Below, piece by piece: positions 8,998-18,490 of a DNA stretch of 64,000 nt (position 1 is its first letter; each line of letters opens with the position of its first letter). The notes under the pieces were generated by a model, which saw nothing but the letters and a program-made list of their open reading frames with translations, did not search any database and was not told where the DNA came from. Position numbers and translations under genes: made by a program. Source of the DNA: Myxococcales bacterium. Its GTDB lineage: Bacteria; Myxococcota_A; Polyangia; Palsa-1104; JAEUJZ01. The stretch lies in NCBI GenBank assembly GCA_016794505.1, contig JAEUJZ010000076.1, positions 64,001 through 128,000 of the forward strand. The letters are read 5' to 3'.

Positions 8998-9483
8998 TTA
9001 AGCCGCCATTGCTACGTCATTGATACCACCAGCAGCCAAATGCTCTGCAACGTCAAGCGTGAAGTCTAGAATCATTTGTATGGGTTCTGCATCTTTGTGC
9101 ATGTCGTTGTAGGTATCGACATCCACGCGCAACTGAATGCAGTCACCGACGACGCTGCGACGACGCTGCGCAAATGCCTTGAGCATATGGTCACGCGGGG
9201 CGGTTTCCAACTCAGCCCAGAGGGAAAATTGGACACCATGGCGCGTAATGCGGACTGCGTGATTGCGCCGATATCTCCGACCCTTGGCGTCAGTGGCTAA
9301 TTCCTCACGAAGCGCATGGGTCATTTTGTCAGCCATGATCGCATATGGGTCCACAACGGGAAGGTTCAACAGACCGTTGTCAACGGCCCATTTGGCGACC
9401 ACATATGGGCTTTCCGGCACCCCGTCGTGCTCGGCTTGATATTTGTGCCACAATTTCTGGTACTGCTCTGCTGAAGTTGACAT
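8998..9483 (-). CDS. hypothetical protein (161 aa) immediately downstream of HTH-ImmA; candidate regulated cargo
   Basis: Clean ORF with a 24-bp gap to the upstream gene. Confidence 0.5.
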   Translation of the reverse strand: MSTSAEQYQKLWHKYQAEHDGVPESPYVVAKWAVDNGLLNLPVVDPYAIMADKMTHALREELATDAKGRRYRRNHAVRITRHGVQFSLWAELETAPRDHMLKAFAQRRRSVVGDCIQLRVDVDTYNDMHKDAEPIQMILDFTLDVAEHLAAGGINDVAMAA

Positions 9484-9507
9484 GCGAGTTCCTTTTGGGT
9501 TGCGTTC

Positions 9508-10659
9508 CTAGACAGGCGCGATCTGGCCAAAGCCATCGACAACTGCACTTGACAGCACGCTGGCGCGAATTTTGGCCAGGTGCTTGGTGAATATCTTGTA
9601 GTTGTTGATGCGGCTTCGTAGTTGTCCGGCCGCAATCCCTGGATGCACTTGGATCCGGTGCGCGAAACCGATCAAATCGGCTTCCGAGTAGTACGGGTGT
9701 TTTCTGGCGATCCAAGAATCCATTTCCTTTGGCGGAACGCAAAATGCAGCCGCAGCCGCATTAGCCAAGCGTTCCTGCTCTGGAAGCCCAGCTCCAACGC
9801 CGGCTTTTTCTCCATCCAACTCGTCTATCATGGCATCAACTTTTCCGTCTTTATTAAAGACGTGTTCTAGTTCATGCATAAGAACAAACCAGAAGTTATC
9901 AATTCGATCGAACCGCAATGACATCCCGACCACAGGCGATTTCCCGTTATCGAGCCACAAACATACGCCGTCTATCTTGCCCGAGGGAAGGCTCTCGACG
10001 ATAACAAAGCGTATACCGCATTCCGATAGCAGTCGCGGCACATGACGAGTTTCCTCGGGAGCACTCATTAATGCACGGAGTCTCGGCAGCGAATCGCGTA
10101 GCTTTTTCTCTGAGTAGGTGGGCAGGACCATTTGGTCCGCGATTTGTCTCACTCTAAACAACCACGCCAATTGCAAGGCTGTCGTGGCGTCATAACTGGT
10201 CTTTTTTGCGGCATATGACAAATGAGGCAATTGCTCGGAAGCCGATACGCCATAGAATTTGGCTAACTCTGCTTCTAGATTATTTTTGGAATCGTCGAGC
10301 CAGCCCCGCTTAATCATCTCCCGCAAGGGGTACTGCTTTTGCAACTCCACCATGCGGATGACGCGTGCATCGGGCGACTTGGCCTGAGCCAGATCTTTCG
10401 CATTTTGTAGACCAAGAAAAAACTCAGCGGGTTTTTCAAAAGCTAGGCTAAGTAATTTTGCGAGGTCAGCGGTGATCGCGCGCTTGCCGACCACGACAGC
10501 ATTTACAGCCTGCTCTGGCAGGCCGAGCGCAAATGCCAGATCGCGCTGCAGCCACCCACGCGCTTCGAGTTCATTTCGTATGTAATCACCGGGGGTTATG
10601 GTTTGGCTCTGCATGGGCGGAGAGCCTACTGAACCCTGCCCAATCTGGTCAATCATCAA
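9508..10659 (-). CDS. fused HigA-family HTH (XRE) domain + ImmA/IrrE-family (COG2856) zinc metallopeptidase
   Basis: N-terminal 'TPGDYIRNELEARGWLQRDLAFALGLPEQAVNAVVVGKRAITADLAKLLSLAF' is a HigA-type HTH. The HEXXH motif 'FVLMHELEHV' follows. Confidence 0.8.
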   Translation of the reverse strand: MMIDQIGQGSVGSPPMQSQTITPGDYIRNELEARGWLQRDLAFALGLPEQAVNAVVVGKRAITADLAKLLSLAFEKPAEFFLGLQNAKDLAQAKSPDARVIRMVELQKQYPLREMIKRGWLDDSKNNLEAELAKFYGVSASEQLPHLSYAAKKTSYDATTALQLAWLFRVRQIADQMVLPTYSEKKLRDSLPRLRALMSAPEETRHVPRLLSECGIRFVIVESLPSGKIDGVCLWLDNGKSPVVGMSLRFDRIDNFWFVLMHELEHVFNKDGKVDAMIDELDGEKAGVGAGLPEQERLANAAAAAFCVPPKEMDSWIARKHPYYSEADLIGFAHRIQVHPGIAAGQLRSRINNYKIFTKHLAKIRASVLSSAVVDGFGQIAPV

Positions 10660-10711
10660 ATCAACAGAATTGATGATTTTTCATGTTCTCCGTCGAGAAC
10701 AGGGGCAGCCC

Positions 10712-11020
10712 CTAACCGCCGAACGCCAGCCAGCCCCTAGAGACGCGCAAGGCATCCGCTAGCGCCGCCATCACATCCGCCGATGTGCCAGCTTTCTTGC
10801 CGGACTCGATCTCGCGAATCGTGCGGATGCTGACTCCCGAGGCAGATGCCAAGTCAGCCAGAGACCAGCCGAGCCGATCGCGCGACCACTTCAAGCGCAC
10901 GGCTTGACCTGAGCCAAGCTCAGGCCATGGGACGGTTTCCGGTACTGGCACCTTCTCGGTAGGCACGGCGGGCACCATAACCGAGGTGCGCTTGCACGCC
11001 ATCGGTGGCGTTTTACGCAT
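10712..11020 (-). CDS. XRE-family helix-turn-helix transcriptional regulator
   Basis: 'LKWSRDRLGWSLADLASASGVSIRTIREIESGKK' is a Cro/CI-type HTH. The start was chosen at an internal Met; the upstream part of the long ORF looks non-coding. Confidence 0.55.
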   Translation of the reverse strand: MRKTPPMACKRTSVMVPAVPTEKVPVPETVPWPELGSGQAVRLKWSRDRLGWSLADLASASGVSIRTIREIESGKKAGTSADVMAALADALRVSRGWLAFGG

Positions 11021-11120
11021 GACGATGTGAAATTTGCAGACGGATACATGCGAATGTCGTGCGTAAAATTTCACAATCGCGCATGAGTCCGCCAGCATGG
11101 GCCGCAGGAGGACACAGACC

Positions 11121-11435
11121 ATGAACCGACTCGCGACCGAGACAAATCGCAAAGCCAAGCGCATGCCAGCCGTCGTTGCACGACTTGACCTAGAGGACGC
11201 CGATCAACATCGGCTGCACGGGCTAATCCAGCGCATGCACAGCGGGCGCTGGCCACTGTTCCGATTGCTTGGCATGCGCCAAATTGCCGGCGTGCTCTAT
11301 GAGGCGGTGGAATGGCTCAGGATGGCTAAGCCGCAGTTCGGCCTAGTGACGTGGCGATCGGACGGGCTGGGGATGTCGTGGAAGGACGCGGACAGCGCGG
11401 ATGAAGCGCGAGCCATGCTCAAGGCCCTCAAGTAG
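11121..11435 (+). CDS. hypothetical protein
   Basis: GGAGGA RBS 9 nt upstream of the ATG. Divergent from the XRE gene. Confidence 0.4.
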   Translation: MNRLATETNRKAKRMPAVVARLDLEDADQHRLHGLIQRMHSGRWPLFRLLGMRQIAGVLYEAVEWLRMAKPQFGLVTWRSDGLGMSWKDADSADEARAMLKALK

Positions 11436-11446
11436 CCGGCCAGCAC

Positions 11447-11481
11447 GCTGCACATTTATTCGGCAGCCTGCACATTTTTAG
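11447..11481. repeat. two copies of ctgcacattt(a/t)tt(c/a)gg at the right island boundary
   Basis: Seen directly. They match the 6397-6430 copies. Confidence 0.75.
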
Positions 11482-11496
11482 GCCAGCCGGCCCGAA

Positions 11497-11722
11497 TTAC
11501 TGTGCAAGGCCACTCTGCAGCGCTGGAAGCCCTCTTTTCAGTGCTGGAAGCCCTCTCCTGCAGCGCTGGAAGCCCTCTTTTCAGTGCTGGAAGCCCACTC
11601 TGCAGCGCTGGAAGCCCTCTTTTCAGTGCTGGAAGCCCACTCTGCAGCGCTGGAAGTCCTCTTTTCAGTGCTGGAAGGCCACTCTGCAGCGCTGAAAGCC
11701 CACTCTGCAGTGCCGGAAGGCC
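11497..11722. repeat. tandem 21-bp repeat array, about 10 units (same family as 6281-6365)
   Basis: Seen directly. Period 21/42 bp; each unit ends in gctggaag. Confidence 0.85.
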
Positions 11723-11742
11723 CTCTCTGCTTGGCTGGTAGT

Positions 11743-13086
11743 CTACCCGTCTAGACCCATAAGAAGGCCGGTGCTGTCGTCACCGAAGCGGGGCTGAGGG
11801 GCAGAGAGGGCGTGCAAGATGGACAGGTACAGGTTGGCGAGCGGCTGGCCGGAAAGGCGCAGGTGACGGCCGGGCTGAATGGCGGTGCCCAGGCGGCCGA
11901 CGAGCAAGAGCGGCATGTTGTCATGGTTGTGGCGGTTGCCATCGGACACGTCGCTGGATAGGACGATCAGGGTGCGGTCGAGCAGGCTCTGGCCGCCTTC
12001 CTGGGTCTTTTTGAGCCCGTCGACGAGGTACGCGAGAAGCTGCATCTCGTAGGTGTTGATGGTCTGCAGCTTGGCGAGGTTTTCCGGGGCGTCCTGGTGG
12101 TGCGAGATCTCGTGGTGGGCGCCGGGCGCGCCGATAAAGGCATACGAGCGGTTGGAAAGCCCATTGCCCCACATGTACGAGATGACGCGCGACAGATCGC
12201 AGGAAAAGGCGAGGACCATGAGCTCAGCCATGGCCTTGGCGGTCTCGTCGAAGCGCAGCATGTCCGCGGGGCGCTTGGCGGCGCCGCAGGCGGGCGTGTT
12301 GCCTTCGATGCGGGCCTCGACCTGGCGCACGGCGGACAGGTACTCGTCGAGCTTCCGTCGATCGGTGCTGCCCAAGCGCGTCTGCAGGCGTGTCGCATCG
12401 GCGAGGACGTGATCGAGCACGCTCTTTCGTTGGCGGCGGCGGCGCTCTAGCTGCTCGGGCGTCTGACCTTGATCTTCACCGCGGAACAGCACATCAAAGA
12501 CGACGCGCGGATCGAACATCTTGGGCAGCGGCGTGCGCGGCCCCGACCACGAGATGTTGGTGGTGTACGCGCAGCTATAGCCGGAATCGCAGACGCCACC
12601 GCTGGAGCCGCCGTCGAGACCCAGCTGCAGCGAGGGAAAGCGAGTGCCGACACCGAGCTTGGCCGCAGCGAGCTGATCGATCGAGACACCCAGGCGGATG
12701 TCGCTGTCGCTCTTGTTGGCTTTGGCGCAGGTCAAAAAGGCGCTGGTGCCGCCTGCGTGATCGCCGGCTCCGTCGGGACGTCCGGGCAGGTTGCTCAGGC
12801 CGGACAAGACCAGAAGCTCGCTTTTGAAGGGCGCAAGCGGCTGCAGAATGGGCGAAAGCGTCCACTCGGACCCGGTCTCTTTCGGAGTCCAGGCCGGCAT
12901 GTGCATGCCGTTGGGCACGTAATAAAAGAGCAGCCGCTGCGGCGGGGAAGCGGCCTGGGCGGGGGCGACAAAGCGCCGGAAGCCAAGGCTCTCAAGAAAC
13001 GGCAGGGCGAGGGCTACTCCGGCTCCGCGCAGCACGGCGCGACGAGAAAGCTCGGCGCGATGGGGACGAGAAGAACGAGGGGTCAT
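11743..13086 (-). CDS. DUF1552-family protein with Tat signal
   Basis: Twin-arginine leader 'SRRAVLRGAGVALALPFL'. Overall DUF1552 (sulfatase-like fold) architecture. ATGA overlap with the upstream partner gene. Confidence 0.75.
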   Translation of the reverse strand: MTPRSSRPHRAELSRRAVLRGAGVALALPFLESLGFRRFVAPAQAASPPQRLLFYYVPNGMHMPAWTPKETGSEWTLSPILQPLAPFKSELLVLSGLSNLPGRPDGAGDHAGGTSAFLTCAKANKSDSDIRLGVSIDQLAAAKLGVGTRFPSLQLGLDGGSSGGVCDSGYSCAYTTNISWSGPRTPLPKMFDPRVVFDVLFRGEDQGQTPEQLERRRRQRKSVLDHVLADATRLQTRLGSTDRRKLDEYLSAVRQVEARIEGNTPACGAAKRPADMLRFDETAKAMAELMVLAFSCDLSRVISYMWGNGLSNRSYAFIGAPGAHHEISHHQDAPENLAKLQTINTYEMQLLAYLVDGLKKTQEGGQSLLDRTLIVLSSDVSDGNRHNHDNMPLLLVGRLGTAIQPGRHLRLSGQPLANLYLSILHALSAPQPRFGDDSTGLLMGLDG

Positions 13087-15179
13087 GGCCTACCTCCGAG
13101 CCGCAGGGCGGATGTCTGACTGTGGCTGTCGGGCTCGCCGCCGCGGCGGTTCTTGAAGGCGTCGCTTTGAATCAGCGCCCATAGGAGGGCATGCAGGGTC
13201 GAGCCGCCTTCGCCATAGGCAGTGGTCAAGGCATCCAGGCGGGCCTGATCGGCGGCGTGGGCCCGCTCGGGGAAGCGACCGATGGCAAAGGTGAACAGCT
13301 TTTCGGCGGCGCAGCGGGAAAGCCGCGGATCGTCGGCGAGCAGGGCGGCCAGCTCAGCGGCATCGGCAAAGCTGCGGCCGTCGATCAGGGTGCCGGTGGT
13401 GTCGACGGGCTGGCCCTCGTCGTGGGTGCGGCTGCGGCCGATGGCGTCGAAGCCTTCCAGCGAAAGGCCGATGGGATCCATCAGGGCATGGCAGCTAGCG
13501 CAGACCGGCATGGCGCGGTGCTGTTCCAAGCGCTTGCGCAAGGTGCCGCCCATGCCTGGCTTGCCAAAGTCGCCGATGACGTTGGGCGGCGGCGGGGGCG
13601 GCGGCGTACACAGAAGCTGTTCCAGCACCCACTTGCCGCGACGCACGGGCGAGGTCCGCGTGGGATACGACTCGGCCGTCAGCAGGCTGCCGTGGCTGAG
13701 CAGGCCGCGGCGGGTTGTGCCGTCAAGCGAGACCTGCGAAAAGTCGGCCCCCACAGGCGTCGCCAAGCCATAGTGCCGCGCCACATCTGAGTTGGCATAG
13801 GTGTAGCGCGCGGTCAGAAGCTCAGACAGCGGCCGACTGGGCGAACCGGCGACGGGGAAGAAGTCGCGAACGAAGCGCCGCGTCTCGGTCGCGAGCGCCG
13901 CGCGCAGCATGGGGGTGAACAGGGGGAACTGCAGGGCATCGGGCTCGGCCAAATCGATCAGACGCAGGGACAGCCACTGCGCCGCGAAGTTGTCGATCAG
14001 CGCCTGGGCGCGCGGGTCGGCCAGCATGCGCGCCACTTCGGCTTTTAATACGTCGTCATGCAAGAGCTCACCGCCGTCGGCCCGATCCAAGAGCGGCTCG
14101 TCGGGCGCGCTGCTCCACAGAAAATACGCAAGGCGCGTCGCAAGCTCGTGCGGGGACAGCGGGTGCGCCTGGTCCGAGCTGGGATCGGCATCCTGCTCGA
14201 CGCGGAACAAGAAGTGCGGCGACAGCAGCATGGCTTCCAGCGGCAGGCGCAGCGCGACATCAAAGCGACCGAGCTCGTCTTCGCTTTGCCCCTGCTCGAA
14301 CAGCGAGCGCAGCGAGGCCAGCTCGTCATCGGCCAGCGGGCGGCGATACAGCAGGCGGCCGGTGCGGCGCAGGATCTGATCGGCGCACGCGCGCTGCTCA
14401 TCGGCGCGTTCTTCGTTCGGTGTGCAGACGAACAGGCGCTGCCGCAGCGGGTTTGGACGATCGAGCTCGATGGGGCCCTGGATCTGAATCGTGCGAATCG
14501 CCAGGTTGCGGTCCTGCTTGGTCGCCGGGTCATAAAAGTCGTTGAGCAGACCCACCTGCACGACGTGGGGCCCGGCAAACGCGCTGACACGCGCCTCATA
14601 CAGGGTGGGCGTGGTCGCGGGCACCGGCACGGACTCGGCCGGTCGCGTGTCCAGGCCAATGCCCATGCGCACCGGCTCGGTGCCGACCTGCTCGCCATAG
14701 GCCTCGACCCGGATGCGATAGGTGCCATCGGCAGGCAGCGTCACCGGCACGATGACGGAGGTGTTGGTTAGGATCACCAGATCCTGCCCGCGCTTTACGA
14801 CGTACTCATTGTGCGGCAGATCGATGGCGGCGACGCTCTGGCGCAGCGGCGCACCGTCGGGCCGCGTCACCTCGGCGGCGATTGCCTCGGCAGCGCGCTG
14901 GTACATCTGGATATGCAGCGGCGACAGCGATAGGACATCGCCCAGGTTGTCAAAGCCATGTCCGGTGTCGTCGGCAGGAAACTGCGCAGACTGCTGAGCA
15001 TCGCTGCCCAGGACATCGTGAACCGTGTTCTTGTACTCGGTGCGCGACAAGCGGCGCAGCGTCACGTGGCCGGGATCGGGCAGCGGGGCGTTCTGCTCGC
15101 AGCCGGGCAGCGCAGCACAAACAAGTAGCAGGCTATACAGCCTGCCGATGGAGCGCATTCTCGTCGGTAACCTTGGCAT
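13083..15179 (-). CDS. DUF1592/DUF1588/DUF1585 (PSCyt, planctomycete cytochrome-c-like) family lipoprotein
   Basis: 'CASCHALMDPIGLSLEGFDAIG' is the DUF1588 signature. Lipobox 'ALPGC'. Start is 15179 (GGAG RBS) or 15158. Confidence 0.75.
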   Translation of the reverse strand: MPRLPTRMRSIGRLYSLLLVCAALPGCEQNAPLPDPGHVTLRRLSRTEYKNTVHDVLGSDAQQSAQFPADDTGHGFDNLGDVLSLSPLHIQMYQRAAEAIAAEVTRPDGAPLRQSVAAIDLPHNEYVVKRGQDLVILTNTSVIVPVTLPADGTYRIRVEAYGEQVGTEPVRMGIGLDTRPAESVPVPATTPTLYEARVSAFAGPHVVQVGLLNDFYDPATKQDRNLAIRTIQIQGPIELDRPNPLRQRLFVCTPNEERADEQRACADQILRRTGRLLYRRPLADDELASLRSLFEQGQSEDELGRFDVALRLPLEAMLLSPHFLFRVEQDADPSSDQAHPLSPHELATRLAYFLWSSAPDEPLLDRADGGELLHDDVLKAEVARMLADPRAQALIDNFAAQWLSLRLIDLAEPDALQFPLFTPMLRAALATETRRFVRDFFPVAGSPSRPLSELLTARYTYANSDVARHYGLATPVGADFSQVSLDGTTRRGLLSHGSLLTAESYPTRTSPVRRGKWVLEQLLCTPPPPPPPNVIGDFGKPGMGGTLRKRLEQHRAMPVCASCHALMDPIGLSLEGFDAIGRSRTHDEGQPVDTTGTLIDGRSFADAAELAALLADDPRLSRCAAEKLFTFAIGRFPERAHAADQARLDALTTAYGEGGSTLHALLWALIQSDAFKNRRGGEPDSHSQTSALRLGGRP

Positions 15180-15299
15180 GGGCCACTCCGCAGCGGGGGA
15201 TGGTCGACAGGGCCGGGACTGTATCGCGCTTGCCGCCAGGGGAAAAGCCCAGCATTTGCCGTCCATGCGAGAGGGCGGCGCCTATAATGGCTGCTTCGC

Positions 15300-17153
15300 A
15301 TGTCCCTTCTGCATCAGTCCCTGATTCTTCTCATCGCTGCGGTGCTGGCCGTGCCGCTGTTCAAGCGCCTGAAGCTGGGTGCTGTGCTGGGCTATCTTGC
15401 GGCAGGCGTTGCCGTTGGGCCGTGGGTGCTGCGCCTGATCACCGATGTGCAGAGCATCCTGCACTTTTCGGAATTCGGCGTCGTGCTGATGCTGTTTCTG
15501 ATCGGGCTTGAGCTAAACCCATCGCGGCTGTGGGTGCTGCGGCGGTCGGTGTTCGGCCTGGGCGGGGCGCAGGTGGCCGCGGTGACCGCTGCGTTTTTTG
15601 CCATCGGCCTGGCGCTGCGCATCGAGCCGCTGGCGGCGCTGATCGCGGGCTTTGGCCTGGCCCTTTCCTCGACGGCATTTGTCTTGCCCGTGCTGGCCGA
15701 GCGCGGTCAGCTGCAGAGCCCGCAGGGCAACGCGACGTTCGCCATCCTTTTGTTTCAAGATCTGGCCGTGATCCCGCTTTTGGTCATCCTGCCGCTTCTG
15801 GCCGGTGGCGCAGCGGCGGCGGGGCATGGGCACGGCGGCGGCGACAGCGGGCTTGTGATGGCGGTGAAGATCATCGGCGCGCTCGTCGGTCTGGTCTTGG
15901 CGGGACGCTATCTTCTGCGGCCCGCGTTCAAGGCCATTGCAGCCAGCGGCAACCAAGAGATCATGACCGCCACCGCGCTCTTGGTCGTCGTCGCGACGTC
16001 GGCGGTGATGGAAAAGGTCGGGCTTTCCATGTCGCTGGGCGCATTTCTGTCGGGCGTCATGCTGGCCGAATCGGAATATCGCCACGAGCTTCACGCCGAT
16101 ATCGAGCCGTTTAAGGGCCTCCTGCTGGGCCTGTTTTTCATGGCCGTGGGCATGTCCGCCAACCTTGGCATCGTGCGCGAAAAGCCGCTCTCGCTGTTCG
16201 GCTTCGTCGTCGGATTCATGGTCCTTAAGGCGGTGGTGGTGTTCTTTGTGTGCCGCGCGTTCCGCCACGACAAGACCGAAGCCGCATCGATCGCGGGTGC
16301 GCTGTCGCAAGGCGGCGAGTTCGCGTTCGTGCTGTTCGGCATCGCCACCGCAGCGCGCGTGCTGTCACAGACTGCGGCCGACTTCTTGGTCGTCGCTGTG
16401 ACGCTGTCGATGGCGCTGACGCCCGCGGCTTTGGCGCTTTCGGATCGCTTCATCGCTCGCTTCACGGCCCGCAGCGAAAAGCGCGAGTTCGACACCATCG
16501 CGGAAAACGATCACGAAAACCCCGTGGTCATCGCTGGCTTCGGCCGCGTCGGGCAGATCGTGGGCCGCCTGCTGTCCTTGCACCACATTGGCTTCACGGC
16601 GCTGGATGCCGCAAGTACGCACGTCGACTTTGTGCGCAAGTTTGGCAACAAGATCTATTACGGCGATGCGACGCGGCTGGATCTGCTGCGGTCGGCGCAT
16701 GCCGAACGAGCCAAGGTCTTTGTCGTCGCTATCGACGACATGGTCACGTCGCTTAAGGTCGTCGAGCTTGTGCAGCATCACTTCCCGCACTTGACGATCG
16801 TCGCGCGGGCGCGGAATCGCCCGCATGCCTATCAGCTTCTGGCGATGGGCGTGACGCTGCTCACTCGCGAGACGTTCGAAAGCAGCCTGACCATGGCGCA
16901 GCAGACGCTGGTTGCGCTGGGCATGACCGAAGAAAAAGCGCAGGCCGCAGCGCGCAAGTTTGCCACCTATGACGAAGCCCGCGTGCGCGCCATGTACGTG
17001 CTGCGCGACGACCAAAAGAAGCTGATCGAGTCGGTCAAGCAGTACGCATCCGAGCTAGAGAGCCTGTTTGCCACCGACGAGCAAGACAGCGGCGTCGATC
17101 CGTCCGCAGCACCGGCATCCAGCAAGTCGCCAAGCAGCAGCAAAGCCCACTGA
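15300..17153 (+). CDS. kefB: CPA2-family K+/H+ antiporter of the KefB/KefC type with C-terminal RCK/TrkA-N domain
   Basis: 12-TM Na_H_Exchanger region, then 'VVIAGFGRVGQIVGRLL', a Rossmann GxGxxG motif. Confidence 0.85.
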   Translation: MSLLHQSLILLIAAVLAVPLFKRLKLGAVLGYLAAGVAVGPWVLRLITDVQSILHFSEFGVVLMLFLIGLELNPSRLWVLRRSVFGLGGAQVAAVTAAFFAIGLALRIEPLAALIAGFGLALSSTAFVLPVLAERGQLQSPQGNATFAILLFQDLAVIPLLVILPLLAGGAAAAGHGHGGGDSGLVMAVKIIGALVGLVLAGRYLLRPAFKAIAASGNQEIMTATALLVVVATSAVMEKVGLSMSLGAFLSGVMLAESEYRHELHADIEPFKGLLLGLFFMAVGMSANLGIVREKPLSLFGFVVGFMVLKAVVVFFVCRAFRHDKTEAASIAGALSQGGEFAFVLFGIATAARVLSQTAADFLVVAVTLSMALTPAALALSDRFIARFTARSEKREFDTIAENDHENPVVIAGFGRVGQIVGRLLSLHHIGFTALDAASTHVDFVRKFGNKIYYGDATRLDLLRSAHAERAKVFVVAIDDMVTSLKVVELVQHHFPHLTIVARARNRPHAYQLLAMGVTLLTRETFESSLTMAQQTLVALGMTEEKAQAAARKFATYDEARVRAMYVLRDDQKKLIESVKQYASELESLFATDEQDSGVDPSAAPASSKSPSSSKAH

Positions 17154-17379
17154 TTTGGCGATTGCTTCGTGGCCTGCGGATCGTCGCTCTTCTTGGGCGC
17201 CAAGGAGCCAATTCCAGCGCGGCTACCGACGGCGAATCCAGCACGCGACCCTGCGTACGATGGCACCCTCTGCGGCGCCAGCCAGCGCTGAACGGCACGG
17301 GCCGCTGTCTAGAACGGCATGCGGCCTCGGAAAAAGCTGCCTCTTCACGCCCGGTATGGCGGTGATACCATCCGCCGCC

Positions 17380-18372
17380 ATGACGCGGTCGCTGCTCTTG
17401 ATTGGGCTTCTCAGTTCATATGTGGGCTGTTCCTCGGGTGGAGCCCCCAACGGCCCCCCAGGCTCGGGGCGCGATCTGACGGGCGGTGACGTCACCGATC
17501 TGTCGAGTGGACCCAGCGACCTGTCGGGTGGCACCGATCTGCAGTCGACCGAGGACATGGCCGGCACCATGCCCAGCGATGCCGACTGCTTCACCGAGTG
17601 GCCGCGCCTGACCGCCTGCCCCGCACCGCAGATCACCGAGGCCTATCTGGGCAACAACTGCGTCGGCACCACCGGAGTGTTTGTCGTCGGTCGCTATTTT
17701 CAGTCGGGCAACAAGTTTTGGACGTCGAACGGCTTTATGCCCTATGGCCCGTATGCGCTGCCGGCGCGACTGAATCGCGACACCTGGAACTTTTTGTCGC
17801 CGCGCCTGGTGTGCATCACGACCTCGGCGGATCCCGGTACGTGGACGGGATTTGAGATGCAGCTAAAGAACCCCGACGGCCAGCTTTCGAACGTCGCCAA
17901 CGTCCTTAACCGCTTGGGCTCGACGGTGACCCTGCCGTCGTCGGGAAGCAGCCATCCGTTTGACGGCAACGCTTGCATGGATCCGCCGATGAGCCTGGTG
18001 CAAGCGCAGGCACGCATCATCGCGCCGGCCTCGACTGCAACCTTGGGCATGGTGACGCTCAGCCGCCGCTCGCGCGCCTGCAACTCGGTCAGCGGCTGCG
18101 GCGCCTGGGGGCCGACGACCCTCGACTCGACGCTCAGCTTGGGTCTTAAGGTCAGCGGCGGCAACGTCAACGTCACCCTCGGCACCGCCGACTGCGGCGT
18201 CGTGGGCAGCGGCCTGATCACCACCAACATCTGCGCCAGCGGCGGCAGCGCCGGCTCGCTAGAAGCCCATGTCTCGGCTGGCTGCGCCATGCTCTGGCAG
18301 CGCAAGTTCTCGACGGTGGGCGGCGACGGCAACTACACCCAGACCGACTGGGGCGCCGTCATTAAGTACTAA
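17380..18372 (+). CDS. secreted lipoprotein, hypothetical
   Basis: Leader 'MTRSLLLIGLLSSYVGC'. Gly/Ser-rich linker and Cys-containing C-terminal domain. Start 17356 is an alternative. Confidence 0.5.
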   Translation: MTRSLLLIGLLSSYVGCSSGGAPNGPPGSGRDLTGGDVTDLSSGPSDLSGGTDLQSTEDMAGTMPSDADCFTEWPRLTACPAPQITEAYLGNNCVGTTGVFVVGRYFQSGNKFWTSNGFMPYGPYALPARLNRDTWNFLSPRLVCITTSADPGTWTGFEMQLKNPDGQLSNVANVLNRLGSTVTLPSSGSSHPFDGNACMDPPMSLVQAQARIIAPASTATLGMVTLSRRSRACNSVSGCGAWGPTTLDSTLSLGLKVSGGNVNVTLGTADCGVVGSGLITTNICASGGSAGSLEAHVSAGCAMLWQRKFSTVGGDGNYTQTDWGAVIKY

Positions 18373-18490
18373 CTGTCAGTCAGACCCCCATCGGCCCGTA
18401 TGAGGTTGCAACCTGGCCCTGCCTGCTGCATGTGACGCGGACCCTTTCGCGCAAGCGCTCGCTTCTGCCGTCGAGCTCCGCGCGGCGGCC

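Larger units (their letters stand above)
6431..11446. mobile_element. putative horizontally acquired island (~5 kb, lower GC) bounded by ctgcacatttttagg direct repeats
   Basis: GC drops visibly to about 50-55% against about 70% for the flanks. Cargo is a DDE transposase plus RHH, HTH-ImmA and XRE regulators. It is flanked by direct repeats and repeat arrays. Confidence 0.5.

Noticed and set aside
11497-11722. Possible CRISPR array
   Set aside because: The units are contiguous with no unique spacers, and no cas genes are present. It is a tandem repeat, not CRISPR.
11502-11741. 79-aa ORF reading through the 21-bp tandem repeats (repetitive 'SAGSPLFSAGSPLC')
   Set aside because: It is a translation artefact of the repeat array, with periodic peptide, no RBS and non-coding context.
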